From: Candidatus Eiseniibacteriota bacterium | GTDB lineage: Bacteria > Eisenbacteria > RBG-16-71-46 | Reading direction: 5' to 3' | Length of the DNA stretch: 64,000 bases | Assembly (NCBI GenBank): GCA_963717505.1 | Contig: OY970342.1 | Coordinates: 576,001 to 640,000 of the forward strand | Shown: one piece after another, positions 29,514 to 39,738 of the stretch | Numbering within the stretch: position 1 is the stretch's first letter | Layout: the number at the start of each line of letters is the position of its first letter | Translations under genes and position numbers: made by a program | The notes under the pieces: model-generated | Database searches by the model: none | Told to the model about the DNA's origin: nothing | The model's input: only the letters and a program-made list of their open reading frames with translations

Positions 29514-30946
29514 CTACGCCCGCACCGCCGCCGGCTGCTCGGCCGAAGGCGCACCGCCGCGTGACGGCTTGCGCGCGACGAACCGGCCCGCGCCTCGCTC
29601 GACATCGAGCCTGCCGTCGGCGTAGCGCACCTTCCCGTTGACGATCACGTGGGTCGGCTTGCCGCGCACCTTGAAGCCTTCGAAGATGCTGCGGTCGCAC
29701 CTGCGAGTGATGCGTCTTGGCGCTGCGCGTGCCGGCGGCACTCGGATCGTAGACCACGAGATCGGCGTCGGCGCCAACCGCGACCGTGCCCTTGCGCGGA
29801 TAGAGGCCGAAGATCTTGGCCGGGCTCGTGCTGCCGAGCGCCACCATGCGCTGCAGGTCGAAACGTCCCTCGCAAACGCCGTAGGTGTAGAGCAGCTGGA
29901 GGCGATCCTCGATGCCGGCGGCACCGTTGGGAATCTTGGTGAAGTCGTCGCGACCCGCCAGCTTCTGCTCGGTGGGTGAACGGGCAGTGATCGGTGCCCA
30001 CCGAGTCGAGCATCCCGTTCGTGAGTCCCGCGCCACAGCGCATCGTGATGGCCCAGGTGCCCGGGGCGGATCGGCGGGACTCATGACGTAGGCCGAGCCC
30101 CGAAGTCGGGCTTGGTGAACACCGTGTCGTCGAGCAGCAGGTACTGCGGGACAGGTTTCGCCGTAGCAACGCTGACCTTCGAGCTTGGCGCGGACCAGCG
30201 CCTCGACCGCTTCGCGGCAGGTCATGTGCACGATGTAGGCCGTCGTGCCGTGCATGCGCGCCATCATCAACGCGCGCCCCGTGGCCTCGCCCTCGACGCT
30301 GCTCGGTCGCGACACCGGGTGGAACTCGGGGCCGGTGTCGCCCTTCGCCACCAGCTCCTTCTGCAGGTGCCAGACGGCGTCGCCGTTCTCGGCGTGCACC
30401 GTGACCACGGCACCCAGCTTCGCCGCGTGCTTCATGACCTGATAGAGCTCGCCGTCATCGACCATGATCGCGCCCTTGTAGGCCATGAACACCTTGAACG
30501 AGGTGATGCCGTGCTCCTGGACCACGGCACGCATCTCGTCGGCGGTCTTGTCGCCCCAGCCGGTGATCGCCATGTGAAACGAATAGTCGGAAACCGCCTT
30601 CTTCGCGCGCTCCTTCCAGATCTCGAGACCTTCGAGCAGCGACTGGCCGCGGTTGGGGATGCACGAAGTCGATGATGCAGGTGGTGCCGCCGGCGATGCC
30701 CGAGGCGGTGCCCGACTCGAAGTCGTCGGCCGACACCGTGCCCATGAACGGCAGCTCCATGTGGACGTGCGGATCGATCATGCCGGGGAACACGAATTGC
30801 CCCGAGGCGTCGATCACCGTGTCCTTGGCGCCGCGCTTCTCCAGGTCCTTGCCGATCGCCGCGATGGTCCCGCCGTCGCAGTAGATGTCGGCGACGAAGC
30901 GGTCGCCGGCGGTCACGATGTCGCCATTCTTGATGAGCAGACCCAT
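29514..30946 (-). CDS. hydA: Dihydropyrimidinase (frameshifted in this sequence)
   Basis: MGLLIKNG, PGMIDPHVH, SFKVFMAYKG, VHAENG, TDHCPF, KIPNG..GIEDR and AKIFGLYPRKG motifs spread over several frames. Confidence 0.9.
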
Positions 30947-30954
30947 GGTCGTCC

Positions 30955-31833
30955 TCAGAGTGCCGTCAAGTTCTCGTACGTCTCCGGCCGCCTGTCGCGG
31001 TAGAACTGCCAGATGCCGCGCACCTCGTCGATCATGTCGAGGTCCATTTCGGCGACCACCAACGCGTCTTCGTTCTCGCCGGCCTGCGCCAGGAAGTTGC
31101 CGCGCGGGTCGACGAAGTACGACGAACCGTAGAACTTGCCGATGTTCCATGGCGCTTCGGTGCCGACGCGGTTGATGCAGCCCATGAAGTAGCCGTTGGC
31201 GACGGCGTGCGCCGGTTGCTCGAGCTTCCACAGGTATTGCGACAGGCCGGCCACGGTCGCGCTCGGATTGAACACGATCTCGGCGCCGTTCAAGCCCAGG
31301 GCGCGCGCGCCTTCGGGGAAATGCCGGTCGTAGCAGATGTAGACGCCGACCTTGGCGTAGCGTGTCTGGAACACCGGGTAGCCCAGATTGCCGGGCTTGA
31401 AGAAGAACTTCTCCCAGAACCCCGAGGTGTGCGGAATGTGGTTCTTGCGGTACTTCCCGAGGTAGGTGCCGTCGGCGTCGTAGACCGCCGCGGTGTTGTA
31501 GAGCATGCCCGGCATGTCTTTCTCGTAGACCGGGACAACGACCGCCATCTTGTGTTTCGCCGCGAGTTTCGCGACCGCGTCGGTGGTTGGCCCGGGAACC
31601 GGTTCGGCGGCGTCGTACCAGCGGCGATCCTGTCCCGGACAGAAGTACGGGCCGTTGAAGATCTCCTGCAGGCAGAGGACCTGAACGCCCTTCTTCCCTG
31701 CCTCTTCGATGAACGGCACGTGGCGGTCGAACATCGCCTGCTTGATCTTCTCGATCGGCTGGGACTCGTCGTTGATCGGATTGGCGCACTGGATCAATCC
31801 GCCGATCAGCTTACGCGGCATGGGCAGCTCCAT
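30955..31833 (-). CDS. Beta-ureidopropionase (nitrilase superfamily)
   Basis: CLQEIFNGPYFC, GKYRKNHIP and ICYDRHFPEG (Glu-Lys-Cys triad); directly upstream of hydA. Confidence 0.92.
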   Translation of the reverse strand: MELPMPRKLIGGLIQCANPINDESQPIEKIKQAMFDRHVPFIEEAGKKGVQVLCLQEIFNGPYFCPGQDRRWYDAAEPVPGPTTDAVAKLAAKHKMAVVVPVYEKDMPGMLYNTAAVYDADGTYLGKYRKNHIPHTSGFWEKFFFKPGNLGYPVFQTRYAKVGVYICYDRHFPEGARALGLNGAEIVFNPSATVAGLSQYLWKLEQPAHAVANGYFMGCINRVGTEAPWNIGKFYGSSYFVDPRGNFLAQAGENEDALVVAEMDLDMIDEVRGIWQFYRDRRPETYENLTAL

Positions 31834-32236
31834 GAGGTTGGCCGTGGGTGGCCAACTTACCGCCGAGCCACGCCGCGGGGAGAATCACCAGCAGACCCGC
31901 GATGGCGAACCACACGGGATGGGGAATCATGATCAGATTGGCCGCGGACGCCCCGAGAATGAGGAACCCGACGATCAACGCAGGCACGATGCGGCGAGAA
32001 ATCAGCGCAGCGAGCCAGCCGCCGGCGAAGCTGCCGGCGATCCACGCGACCAGCACCGCCAGCAGCGCGCCGATCGGGAGCTGAGCCATCGCGGCGCGAA
32101 TGCTCTCGGGATTCGAAGGGTCGAGTCCCGCGGGCGGCGGGAACACGCGATGTCCGAGCGACTCGACCAGGAACACGACGGCGGTGCCGGCCACCACGCC
32201 GGCCAGAACCGCCAGGACCACCCTCAAGATCACCAT
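31811..32236 (-). CDS. Hypothetical 4-TM membrane protein
   Basis: MVILRVVLAVLAG...ESLGH.VFPPP...NLIMIPHPVWF. Confidence 0.7.
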   Translation of the reverse strand: MVILRVVLAVLAGVVAGTAVVFLVESLGHRVFPPPAGLDPSNPESIRAAMAQLPIGALLAVLVAWIAGSFAGGWLAALISRRIVPALIVGFLILGASAANLIMIPHPVWFAIAGLLVILPAAWLGGKLATHGQPHGAAHAA

Positions 32237-32297
32237 CGGGATTCCTCCGACAGCGGGTTTGCGAGACTCGAATCCGCGCCGGAGCATACACCCGTGG

Positions 32298-32828
32298 TCA
32301 GGGCATTGCTCGGTAGACCACCTCGACATCCGGCTTCCCCCCGCCAAATGCGAGGCCGAACCCGACGCCAGCCGCGACCGGCGCGAGCACCACCGGCAAG
32401 ATGTAGGGAGTGCCCGCATACGCGGAGTAACCGGCGACGATCCCTGCGGTGAACGCCACGCCCATGCAGATCAGAAAGAGAGCCCCGCGGGTCGCTTCCG
32501 ACATCCCGCGCTGCTGGAGGACCGCAACGCTGTCGACCTGGCTCCAGGCGATCGGACGAGGAACGATGCTGTCTCGCGCGCCCGCGGTCTGGAACACGGC
32601 CTGGCGCGAAGGCCGGTAAACGCTCGGGTCCATCGACCAGATGCCCGTCGAGTCGAACTGCGCACGTTCGAACGAGTAGGTTCCGCCGCGAGACCAGATC
32701 TTCACTTCTCGAGCCCCGGCGGCGCTGCGCATCGACTCGAATCCGGTGGTCGTCGGGGCGGCGAGCACCGTCGAGGCGATCGGGGCAACCGCGACCATCG
32801 CGGCCAGGGGAACGCGCAGGGACGTCAT
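32298..32828 (-). CDS. Hypothetical exported/membrane protein
   Basis: Signal-like N-terminus and C-terminal Gly-rich hydrophobic hairpin. Confidence 0.6.
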   Translation of the reverse strand: MTSLRVPLAAMVAVAPIASTVLAAPTTTGFESMRSAAGAREVKIWSRGGTYSFERAQFDSTGIWSMDPSVYRPSRQAVFQTAGARDSIVPRPIAWSQVDSVAVLQQRGMSEATRGALFLICMGVAFTAGIVAGYSAYAGTPYILPVVLAPVAAGVGFGLAFGGGKPDVEVVYRAMP

Positions 32829-32839
32829 TCGCCATGAAG

Positions 32840-32877
32840 AACCCCGCCCGGAACGTCGCGGTTCCGGGCGGGGGGTT
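32840..32877 (-). terminator. Hairpin downstream of mmsA
   Basis: CCCCGCCCGGAAC/GTTCCGGGCGGGG stem followed by TTCTTC on the minus strand. Confidence 0.6.
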
Positions 32878-32900
32878 ACGCCGCCGTCAAAGCTGTGCGA

Positions 32901-34409
32901 TCACCACCAGCGGGTGATGACCACCTTCTTGTCGGTGTAGAACTCGATCGAGTCGCGACCGTGCGCCTTGAGGTCGCCGAAGAAGCTGTGCTTGGCGCCG
33001 CCGAACGGGAAGAACGCCATGGGAGCGGCGACGCCGATGTTGACGCCGAGCATGCTGGGCTCGACCCGGTAGCGATACTCGCGCGCCCATTTTCCGCTGC
33101 TGGTGAAGATGCTAGTCGCGTTCCCCAGCTCGTGTTTGCGCACGATTTCGACGGCTTCGTCGAAGTCCTTCGCGCGCATGATGCAGAGCACCGGGCCGAA
33201 GATTTCCTCGCGGCCCACGACCATCTCCGGCGTCACGTTGTCGAAGATGGTGGGCCCCAGATACCAGCCGCCGGGCTGCTTGGGATTCTGAAAACCGCGG
33301 CCGTCGAGCAGCAGCTTCGCCCCCTCGCGTATGCCCTGCTCGATGTAGCCGAGCACTTTCTCGCGATGTTGTGGGGTGACCAGCGGGCCCATGGTGATGC
33401 CGGGATCGGCGCCGTCGCCGACCGTGATGCGCTTGGCCTCGTCGACCAGTTTGTCGCGGATCTTCTCGTAGGCGTCGCCGACCGCGAGCACGACGCTGTT
33501 GGCCAGGCAGCGCTCGCCCGCGCAGCCGAAGCACGATTCGGTCGAGACCGAAGCCGCGCGTGGCATGTCGGCGTCGGGCATGACCACCACGAAGTTCTTG
33601 GCGCCGCCCAGCGCCTGAACCCGCTTGCCGGCCTTGGCGGACTGTTCGTAGATGTATCGCGCCACCGACGTCGAGCCGACGAACGAGACTCCGGCGATTC
33701 CCGGATGCTGGAGGATCGCATCGACCGCGTCCTTGGCGCCGTGCACCAGGTTGACCACGCCCGCCGGGAATCCGGCGTCGTGCATCAACTCGAACATCCG
33801 GACCTGCGAGAGCGGCACCCGCTCGCTCGGCTTGACCAGGAACGTGTTCCCGCACGCGACCGCGTGCGGCAGGAACCACATCGGCACCATCGCCGGGAAG
33901 TTGAACGGCGTGATCGCCGCGAACACGCCGATCGGCTGGCGCACGGTGTGGCAGTCGATGCCGCTCGCGATGTCTTCGAGCGAGGTGCCCTGCATGCGGT
34001 CGGGAATCCCGATCGCCAGATCGACGTTGTCGATCGCGCGGCGCACGCTGCTGCGCGACTCGTCGAGGGTCTTGCCGTGTTCGCGCGTCACCGTGCGCGC
34101 GACGTCGTCGAAGTGCTCCTCGAGCAGGTTCTTGAGCTTGAACAGCGGCTTGATGCGATGGACCGGCGGCGTGGCGCGCCAGGCCGGGTACGCCGCCAGG
34201 GCGGCCTGGACCGCGCGGTCGACGTCGGCTGCGGTGCCGAGCGGCACCCGGGCAATGACCTCGCCGCGAGCCGGGTTGTAGACCTCACCGAACTGCTTGG
34301 TGTCCGACGCGACCCAGCGCCCGCCGACGTAGTTCTGGATCGTGGCCGCGGACGTCGAAGTCGCGGTCTCCTGGCCGTTGATCACAGCCTGATCGCGCGG
34401 TGGGTTCAT
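32901..34409 (-). CDS. mmsA: CoA-acylating (methyl)malonate-semialdehyde dehydrogenase
   Basis: ITPFNFPAMVPMW, SFVGST, RVQALGGAKN, GCAGERCLA and EEIFGPV motifs. Confidence 0.93.
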   Translation of the reverse strand: MNPPRDQAVINGQETATSTSAATIQNYVGGRWVASDTKQFGEVYNPARGEVIARVPLGTAADVDRAVQAALAAYPAWRATPPVHRIKPLFKLKNLLEEHFDDVARTVTREHGKTLDESRSSVRRAIDNVDLAIGIPDRMQGTSLEDIASGIDCHTVRQPIGVFAAITPFNFPAMVPMWFLPHAVACGNTFLVKPSERVPLSQVRMFELMHDAGFPAGVVNLVHGAKDAVDAILQHPGIAGVSFVGSTSVARYIYEQSAKAGKRVQALGGAKNFVVVMPDADMPRAASVSTESCFGCAGERCLANSVVLAVGDAYEKIRDKLVDEAKRITVGDGADPGITMGPLVTPQHREKVLGYIEQGIREGAKLLLDGRGFQNPKQPGGWYLGPTIFDNVTPEMVVGREEIFGPVLCIMRAKDFDEAVEIVRKHELGNATSIFTSSGKWAREYRYRVEPSMLGVNIGVAAPMAFFPFGGAKHSFFGDLKAHGRDSIEFYTDKKVVITRWW

Positions 34410-34518
34410 GGGTCTGCCTCCTTGGGTTCCGAGCCACCGGTCGAAGCGTCGGCGAACCCGGGAATCGATGTGTGCACGAATGATACACCCGGGAAGGCGC
34501 TACGGTAGACTGGGCCAC

Positions 34519-36594
34519 ATGAACAAGTTGCCGGAACCCGCAGGGACGCCGCCGGCGACTTCCCTCCCGAGATCCGTCCCCGATTCGCGCGCGCGGCTCG
34601 CCGTTTTCGCCCTGATGGCCGCCTACGCCGCCCTTTACGGCACGATTTGCGTCGTCAAGCATCACTACTACCTCTACGACGACTTCGATCTCGCGATCTT
34701 CACCCAGGCGGTCGACCAGATGCTGCGCGGATCGTTCTTCGTCTCGATCCGGGGCATGAACTGGATGGGCGATCACTCGTCGTTCGTGCTGTTCCTGTTC
34801 GCTCCGATCTACGCGGTCTTCCGCCATCCGCTGACGCTGCTGTTCGCCCAGACCCTGGCCCTGGCGCTCGGCGCCCTGCCGGTGTTCTGGATCGCTCGGC
34901 GCGAGCTGCGGCACGACTGGGCTGCCGCGGGATGCGCCGCGCTCTACTTGCTCTACCCCGCGCTCGGCTTCACCAACCTGTTCGAGTTCCACCCGGAGAC
35001 TCTCGCGACTCCGGCGCTCCTGTTCACGTTCCATTTCACTCTGGCGCGACGCATGGGGCCGGCGTTGGTCGCCGCCGGATTCGCCCTGCTGTGCCGCGAG
35101 GACTTGCCTCTGGTGATTGCACCGATCGGGCTGTGGGCGGCGTGGGTGCTTCGCGAACCGCCGGTCAAAGCGACCGGTCGTACCGCGCGCCCGAGGCTCG
35201 CCTGGCGCTGGCTGGTCGCGTTCGTGGTTCCGTCCGTGCTGTTCCTGGCCCTGTCGTTCGGAGTGCTCAAGCCGGCGTTCAATCTCGGGGAAGCCGGTTA
35301 CGGCGATATGTATCGCGCGTGGGGGGAGACCACCGGGCAGGCGATGGCCGGCATGCTGCGGGATCCTCTGCGCGCTCTCGCCCACTTGTTCGTCACTGAC
35401 GGCGTGGCGATCGACACGCAGCTCAAGCTGTTTTTCCACATCTTCATGTTGACGCCGCTCCTACTGCTGCCACTCGCCAGCCCGTGGACGCTGATTCTCG
35501 CGCTGCCGGTGCTCGCCGAGCACATGCTTTCCAACCGGCCGCAACAGCACCAGATCATCTACCAGTACACGGCGTTGCTCACGCCGGTCTACGTGGTTGC
35601 GGCCATCCGCGGCCTCGCGAATCTCGCGCGACACTTCGCCCGGGGCAACACCGGTGCGGCGCCAACGTTCGCCGCCACGGTCGCCGGGATCGCCGTGGTC
35701 GCGTCCCTGGTATGCAACGTTCTGTTCGGCCCGGTACTCGGCGATGGCCGCGTGTCGGCGGCGGCCCGGCCCCCCGAACCCAACTGGCCGGATGAAGCCG
35801 CACGCACGCTCAAGCCGTATCGCGACCAGATGGTGGCACGGGTCCCCGCCCAAGGCGGCGTGGTCGCGGGGTTCGAGTTCCTGAGCCGCTTTGCCGGTCG
35901 CGCCAACGTGCACTCGGTGCATCACCTGATGCGCGGCACCTACACGTTCTCGAACACGCCGTATCCGACCCCGGAAGGCATCCAGGCGGTGATCGCCGAC
36001 TTCGCCGGGAGCCACCTGCGGGACTACGTCGGCAAGGCGAAGTCCGCGCGGCTCCTGGATTTCGTGCGTCGCAACGACCTCACCGCGGCGGCGTCCGCGG
36101 GCGACCTGACGCTGTTTCTGCGTCATCCGGATCCGCCGGTGTCGCTGATGAGCACCGGACAGCTGGCGCGCGAACCCCGGCGCATCGTGTTCGACGGGCA
36201 GCTGTCGTTCCTGGGCGCCGCCCCGCGCGGGGACCTGCCGGTCCCGGGCGGTTTGCTCGAGTTCGACACCTACTGGATGCCGGTCGCGGTCGTGGACCGC
36301 TCCTACCTGGTCGCGTTCGACATCGTCGACCCTTCCGGGCAACAGAAGCACCGCCACGTGCGCCATCTCGGCTACGGGTTCTGGCCCGCGGAATGGTGGC
36401 CGCAGGGCACGGCGATGAGCGAGACCTACCGCCTGGTGGTCCCGCGCGAGCTGCCCCCCGGGCCCTACCAGCTGATGATGGCCGTCGCGTGGGTTCAGGG
36501 CACGAATGCCCAGCCCGCGAGCACCGACGACCCGGTAACCCGCTCGCACGACGGATACGTGCCGCTCGGCACGTTTCAGATCAAACCGAAGTAG
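34519..36594 (+). CDS. DUF2079-family membrane protein (GT-C-like)
   Basis: FDLAIFTQA, GDHSS, FEFHPE, RED and YQY motifs; many TM helices; soluble C-terminal domain. Confidence 0.8.
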   Translation: MNKLPEPAGTPPATSLPRSVPDSRARLAVFALMAAYAALYGTICVVKHHYYLYDDFDLAIFTQAVDQMLRGSFFVSIRGMNWMGDHSSFVLFLFAPIYAVFRHPLTLLFAQTLALALGALPVFWIARRELRHDWAAAGCAALYLLYPALGFTNLFEFHPETLATPALLFTFHFTLARRMGPALVAAGFALLCREDLPLVIAPIGLWAAWVLREPPVKATGRTARPRLAWRWLVAFVVPSVLFLALSFGVLKPAFNLGEAGYGDMYRAWGETTGQAMAGMLRDPLRALAHLFVTDGVAIDTQLKLFFHIFMLTPLLLLPLASPWTLILALPVLAEHMLSNRPQQHQIIYQYTALLTPVYVVAAIRGLANLARHFARGNTGAAPTFAATVAGIAVVASLVCNVLFGPVLGDGRVSAAARPPEPNWPDEAARTLKPYRDQMVARVPAQGGVVAGFEFLSRFAGRANVHSVHHLMRGTYTFSNTPYPTPEGIQAVIADFAGSHLRDYVGKAKSARLLDFVRRNDLTAAASAGDLTLFLRHPDPPVSLMSTGQLAREPRRIVFDGQLSFLGAAPRGDLPVPGGLLEFDTYWMPVAVVDRSYLVAFDIVDPSGQQKHRHVRHLGYGFWPAEWWPQGTAMSETYRLVVPRELPPGPYQLMMAVAWVQGTNAQPASTDDPVTRSHDGYVPLGTFQIKPK

Positions 36595-37141
36595 TCCTCA
36601 CCCTGCGCCTCACGTCCCGAATCACGCGCGTCATGTGGCGGAACGCCATGCGTCCGCCGGCGCGGCCCAATCGCTCGAGCGGGGCCCACTCGACGCTGGC
36701 CGCGTCGTCCGCGGCGCGGGGCTCGCCCGATCGCCACCGTGCGAGAAAATAGAAGTTCATGGTCGGGAAGTAGCCGAATCCCCTGAGGTAGTAGCGGTCC
36801 CAGTAATAACCGAGCCATGCCAGCCGGCCGACGCGCAGTCCGGTTTCTTCGAGCAGCTCGCGGCGTGCGGCGGATTCGATGGACTCTCCCGCGTCGATGA
36901 AGCCGCCCGGCGTGTCGATCCAGCCGCGTTTGGGTGGATGGTCCCGGCGGAGCACCAGAACGCGGTCGTCCCGGAGCACGATGATCCCGGCGCACGGACG
37001 CGGGTAGTCGTACATGCGGTAGCGGCAAACCGGGCAGCGGATCTTTCGAGGATCGCCCAGTTCGCGAAGGAGGCGTGTGCCGCATCGTGCGCAGGGGAAG
37101 CCGCTCGAGCGCGACACCGACGCTCGCCGGCGCGTGGTCAT
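36581..37141 (-). CDS. NUDIX hydrolase with N-terminal zinc ribbon
   Basis: CxxC...CxxC and Nudix box GGFIDAGESIESAARRELLEETG. Confidence 0.9.
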   Translation of the reverse strand: MTTRRRASVSRSSGFPCARCGTRLLRELGDPRKIRCPVCRYRMYDYPRPCAGIIVLRDDRVLVLRRDHPPKRGWIDTPGGFIDAGESIESAARRELLEETGLRVGRLAWLGYYWDRYYLRGFGYFPTMNFYFLARWRSGEPRAADDAASVEWAPLERLGRAGGRMAFRHMTRVIRDVRRRVRTTSV

Positions 37142-37983
37142 CGTGGCTCCACGGTGATCACTGCGGGCAGGGGAACGCGCGCGGCTTCCGGCGCGCGACC
37201 CTCACTGCCGGGATCCCAGGCGCCGAAGCTCGCGTAGCTGAACCCGCCGACCCGAACGCACAACTGCGCCTCGTCCCCGCCGTCCATCGACATGGCGTGA
37301 GTGAGTCCGAGCTTCGCGCTCTTGAGCAGCTGGGCGAAGTCGTAAAGCGAATAGCTGCCCTCGGTGGTCAGCACCAGGACGCGGTGGTCGCGATCCTCGC
37401 CGACGGCGGTGCGTTGTGCGATCTGCGGAGACTTGCGCACTCGAATGCGTCCGGCGCCATCGAACAACATGAACGACTGTGCGACTTCCTTCCAACCCGG
37501 CTGCTTGGGATCGAGTCGCTCGTGCTCGAGATCCAGAACGCGTGCGCGCGGACCGTCGCGCGTTGGCTCGGCGACCAGCGCCGCGCGAAACGTCGGGTGC
37601 ATGCGTCGCGACAACACCTGGCCGTCGCTGACCAGCAGCCCCATGTAGGAGTAGTCGGGGTAGTACTGACCGGCGTTGAACACGGCGAGCGCCTCGGTCT
37701 GCCACAGCCACTGAACCACGTCGGGCGCCCGTTCGTCGACACGGGGTCGCGCGTGCCGCACGCGGAGCCGGATGCGCTCCGGGTCGAGACGCAGGACGCC
37801 GATCTCCGGCGACCCCTGCCGGCACCACGGCTCACCGCGAATGCGAGCGAAGTCGACCCCGGGCGCCACCGAACGGAATCTGGGTTCGCTGGCGCCGCGC
37901 ATCAGGGCCCAGATCGCAACCAGGATCGCGACGGTTGCGGCGATCCGCCCGATCGGCGGCACGCGGCGCGCGGGAGCGTTCAC
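37138..37983 (-). CDS. Phosphodiester glycosidase (NAGPA) family protein
   Basis: FNAGQY, RTAVG and AMSMDGG motifs; N-terminal TM anchor. Confidence 0.75.
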   Translation of the reverse strand: MNAPARRVPPIGRIAATVAILVAIWALMRGASEPRFRSVAPGVDFARIRGEPWCRQGSPEIGVLRLDPERIRLRVRHARPRVDERAPDVVQWLWQTEALAVFNAGQYYPDYSYMGLLVSDGQVLSRRMHPTFRAALVAEPTRDGPRARVLDLEHERLDPKQPGWKEVAQSFMLFDGAGRIRVRKSPQIAQRTAVGEDRDHRVLVLTTEGSYSLYDFAQLLKSAKLGLTHAMSMDGGDEAQLCVRVGGFSYASFGAWDPGSEGRAPEAARVPLPAVITVEPR

Positions 37984-39059
37984 GCCCGGTGGGAAAAGCG
38001 CCGGAGCGCGTCGCGAACCACCAACAGATCACCGACGTTCTCGAGCGTGATCAGCCCGACCAGTTCGCCGTCCTGGAACACGGGCAGCGCCATGCGCCCG
38101 CGTTCGCGCATGCGCTGCAGGGCGCCTTCGAGCGGCTCGCCGGCGTCGACGAACTCGCCGTCGCGCTCGAAGATCTGACCGACGCTCGCGGCGGCGCCGT
38201 TGCGTTGCAGCCCACCGATCAGCTGACTGCGCGTCAGCATGCCGAGCAACCGGCCATCCTCGAGGACCGGAAAGTCCTGCTGGTTCCCCGACATCAGGTA
38301 GTCCACGGCGCGCTGCAGCGGGTCACGAGCGTCGAGCGAACGGTAGTCGGTGACCATCGCCGCGCGCACCGGCAGCCCGCCGAGCGAGCTGCGGGTTTCG
38401 ACCATCATTCGCTCCTCACCCGCCGACAGGAACACGAACAGCGCCACGAACAGGAGCATGACCTGGCCGGTGAACAGGCCGGCGACTCCGAACACCAGGG
38501 CGATCGATTGGCCAATGATCGACGCGATGCGCGTCGCTCGCGTGAAGGGCATCGACATCGCGAGCAGGGCGCGGAGCACGCGGCCGCCGTCCATCGGGAA
38601 CGCCGGAATCAGGTTGAACAGCACCATGACGACGTTGATCAGCAGCAGCGTTTCCGGGATCCCCGCGTTTCCCAGTGCTGCCAGTTCGGGGAGGCGCACG
38701 CCCAGCAGCAGGAGCACCCCGGCGATCACCACGTTGACCGCCGGGCCCGCGAGCGCTACCGCCAGCTCCTGGATCGGCCGACTCGGCATGCGCTCCAGGC
38801 GGGCAACGCCACCAATCGGGAGCAGGATGATGTCGCGCGTGCGAATGCCGTAGCGGCGGGCCGTCAGCGCGTGGCCCAGCTCGTGCAGGACCACGCAGGC
38901 GAAGATGATCAGGATGACCGCGACCGCGAGCAGCGCGCCGGCGACGTCCCCGGTCAACAGGCCGCTGGAAACCGCGATCCAGCCGAGGAAGATCAGGAAG
39001 GTGACATGCAGTTCGAGCCGGATGCCGAACAGCGTGCCAATGTGGATGGACCAGCGCAT
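37980..39059 (-). CDS. Site-2 (M50) metalloprotease with CBS pair
   Basis: LHELGH, AGPAVN and FNLIPAFPMDGGR motifs; two CBS domains. Confidence 0.93.
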   Translation of the reverse strand: MRWSIHIGTLFGIRLELHVTFLIFLGWIAVSSGLLTGDVAGALLAVAVILIIFACVVLHELGHALTARRYGIRTRDIILLPIGGVARLERMPSRPIQELAVALAGPAVNVVIAGVLLLLGVRLPELAALGNAGIPETLLLINVVMVLFNLIPAFPMDGGRVLRALLAMSMPFTRATRIASIIGQSIALVFGVAGLFTGQVMLLFVALFVFLSAGEERMMVETRSSLGGLPVRAAMVTDYRSLDARDPLQRAVDYLMSGNQQDFPVLEDGRLLGMLTRSQLIGGLQRNGAAASVGQIFERDGEFVDAGEPLEGALQRMRERGRMALPVFQDGELVGLITLENVGDLLVVRDALRRFSHRA

Positions 39060-39180
39060 GGGTGCGCGAAGTCTCGCACAGCGGTCCGTGTGGCTGCCAC
39101 ATGGCGATCTCCGCGGCCTCTACAGCCGGACGGGTATCACCGTTGCGTCGAACGCGCGATGCTTCCGCTGCATGCCACCG

Positions 39181-39648
39181 TCAGGCGGCGCGTTCGTTGC
39201 CTTCGTCCCCGCCGTCGAGGAAGGCGGTCAGCGACTCGAGGTCCGCGCGAGCGGCCTGATAGCCGGGGTGGATCCACAGCGAGTGACACAGCAGCCGGAA
39301 CGCTAGCTCCACGCTGCCGGCTTCGAAGCACGCCGACGACAGGACGTAGTGGAGCGTGGGGTCGTGGGGCGAGAACGACAGTCCGCGCAGCGCTCGGACC
39401 GCGGCTTCGCGCTCTTTGCCGCGCTCGAGGGCCGAGCGGGCGGCGCGCGCCATGGCCTGGCCGGCGTCGGCGTCGGGAACCCGCTCGAGACCGGGGATGA
39501 AGCGTTCGAGGTCGTCGAGCAGGTGCCGGATCGTCTGCTCGACACCGGCGTCGAGCAACGGTTGCTCGTCCAGCTCGCTCAACTCGTCCGCCAGATCCCG
39601 GAAGGCGGTGCAGATGTCACCCATCGACGGCTGCCACTGTTCCGACAC
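39181..39648 (-). CDS. Hypothetical TPR-like protein
   Basis: 155-aa helical ORF with TPR-like ending (ALRGLSFSPHD...HPGYQAAR..L); GGGGAGG upstream. Confidence 0.65.
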   Translation of the reverse strand: MSEQWQPSMGDICTAFRDLADELSELDEQPLLDAGVEQTIRHLLDDLERFIPGLERVPDADAGQAMARAARSALERGKEREAAVRALRGLSFSPHDPTLHYVLSSACFEAGSVELAFRLLCHSLWIHPGYQAARADLESLTAFLDGGDEGNERAA

Positions 39649-39738
39649 GGCTCGAGCCCTCCCCTACGGACCACCGCGGAACCGCACGTAGAGCCGGTAT
39701 CGGCCGCACCGCTGAAATCCTGAAGCGGAGAACCGGCC

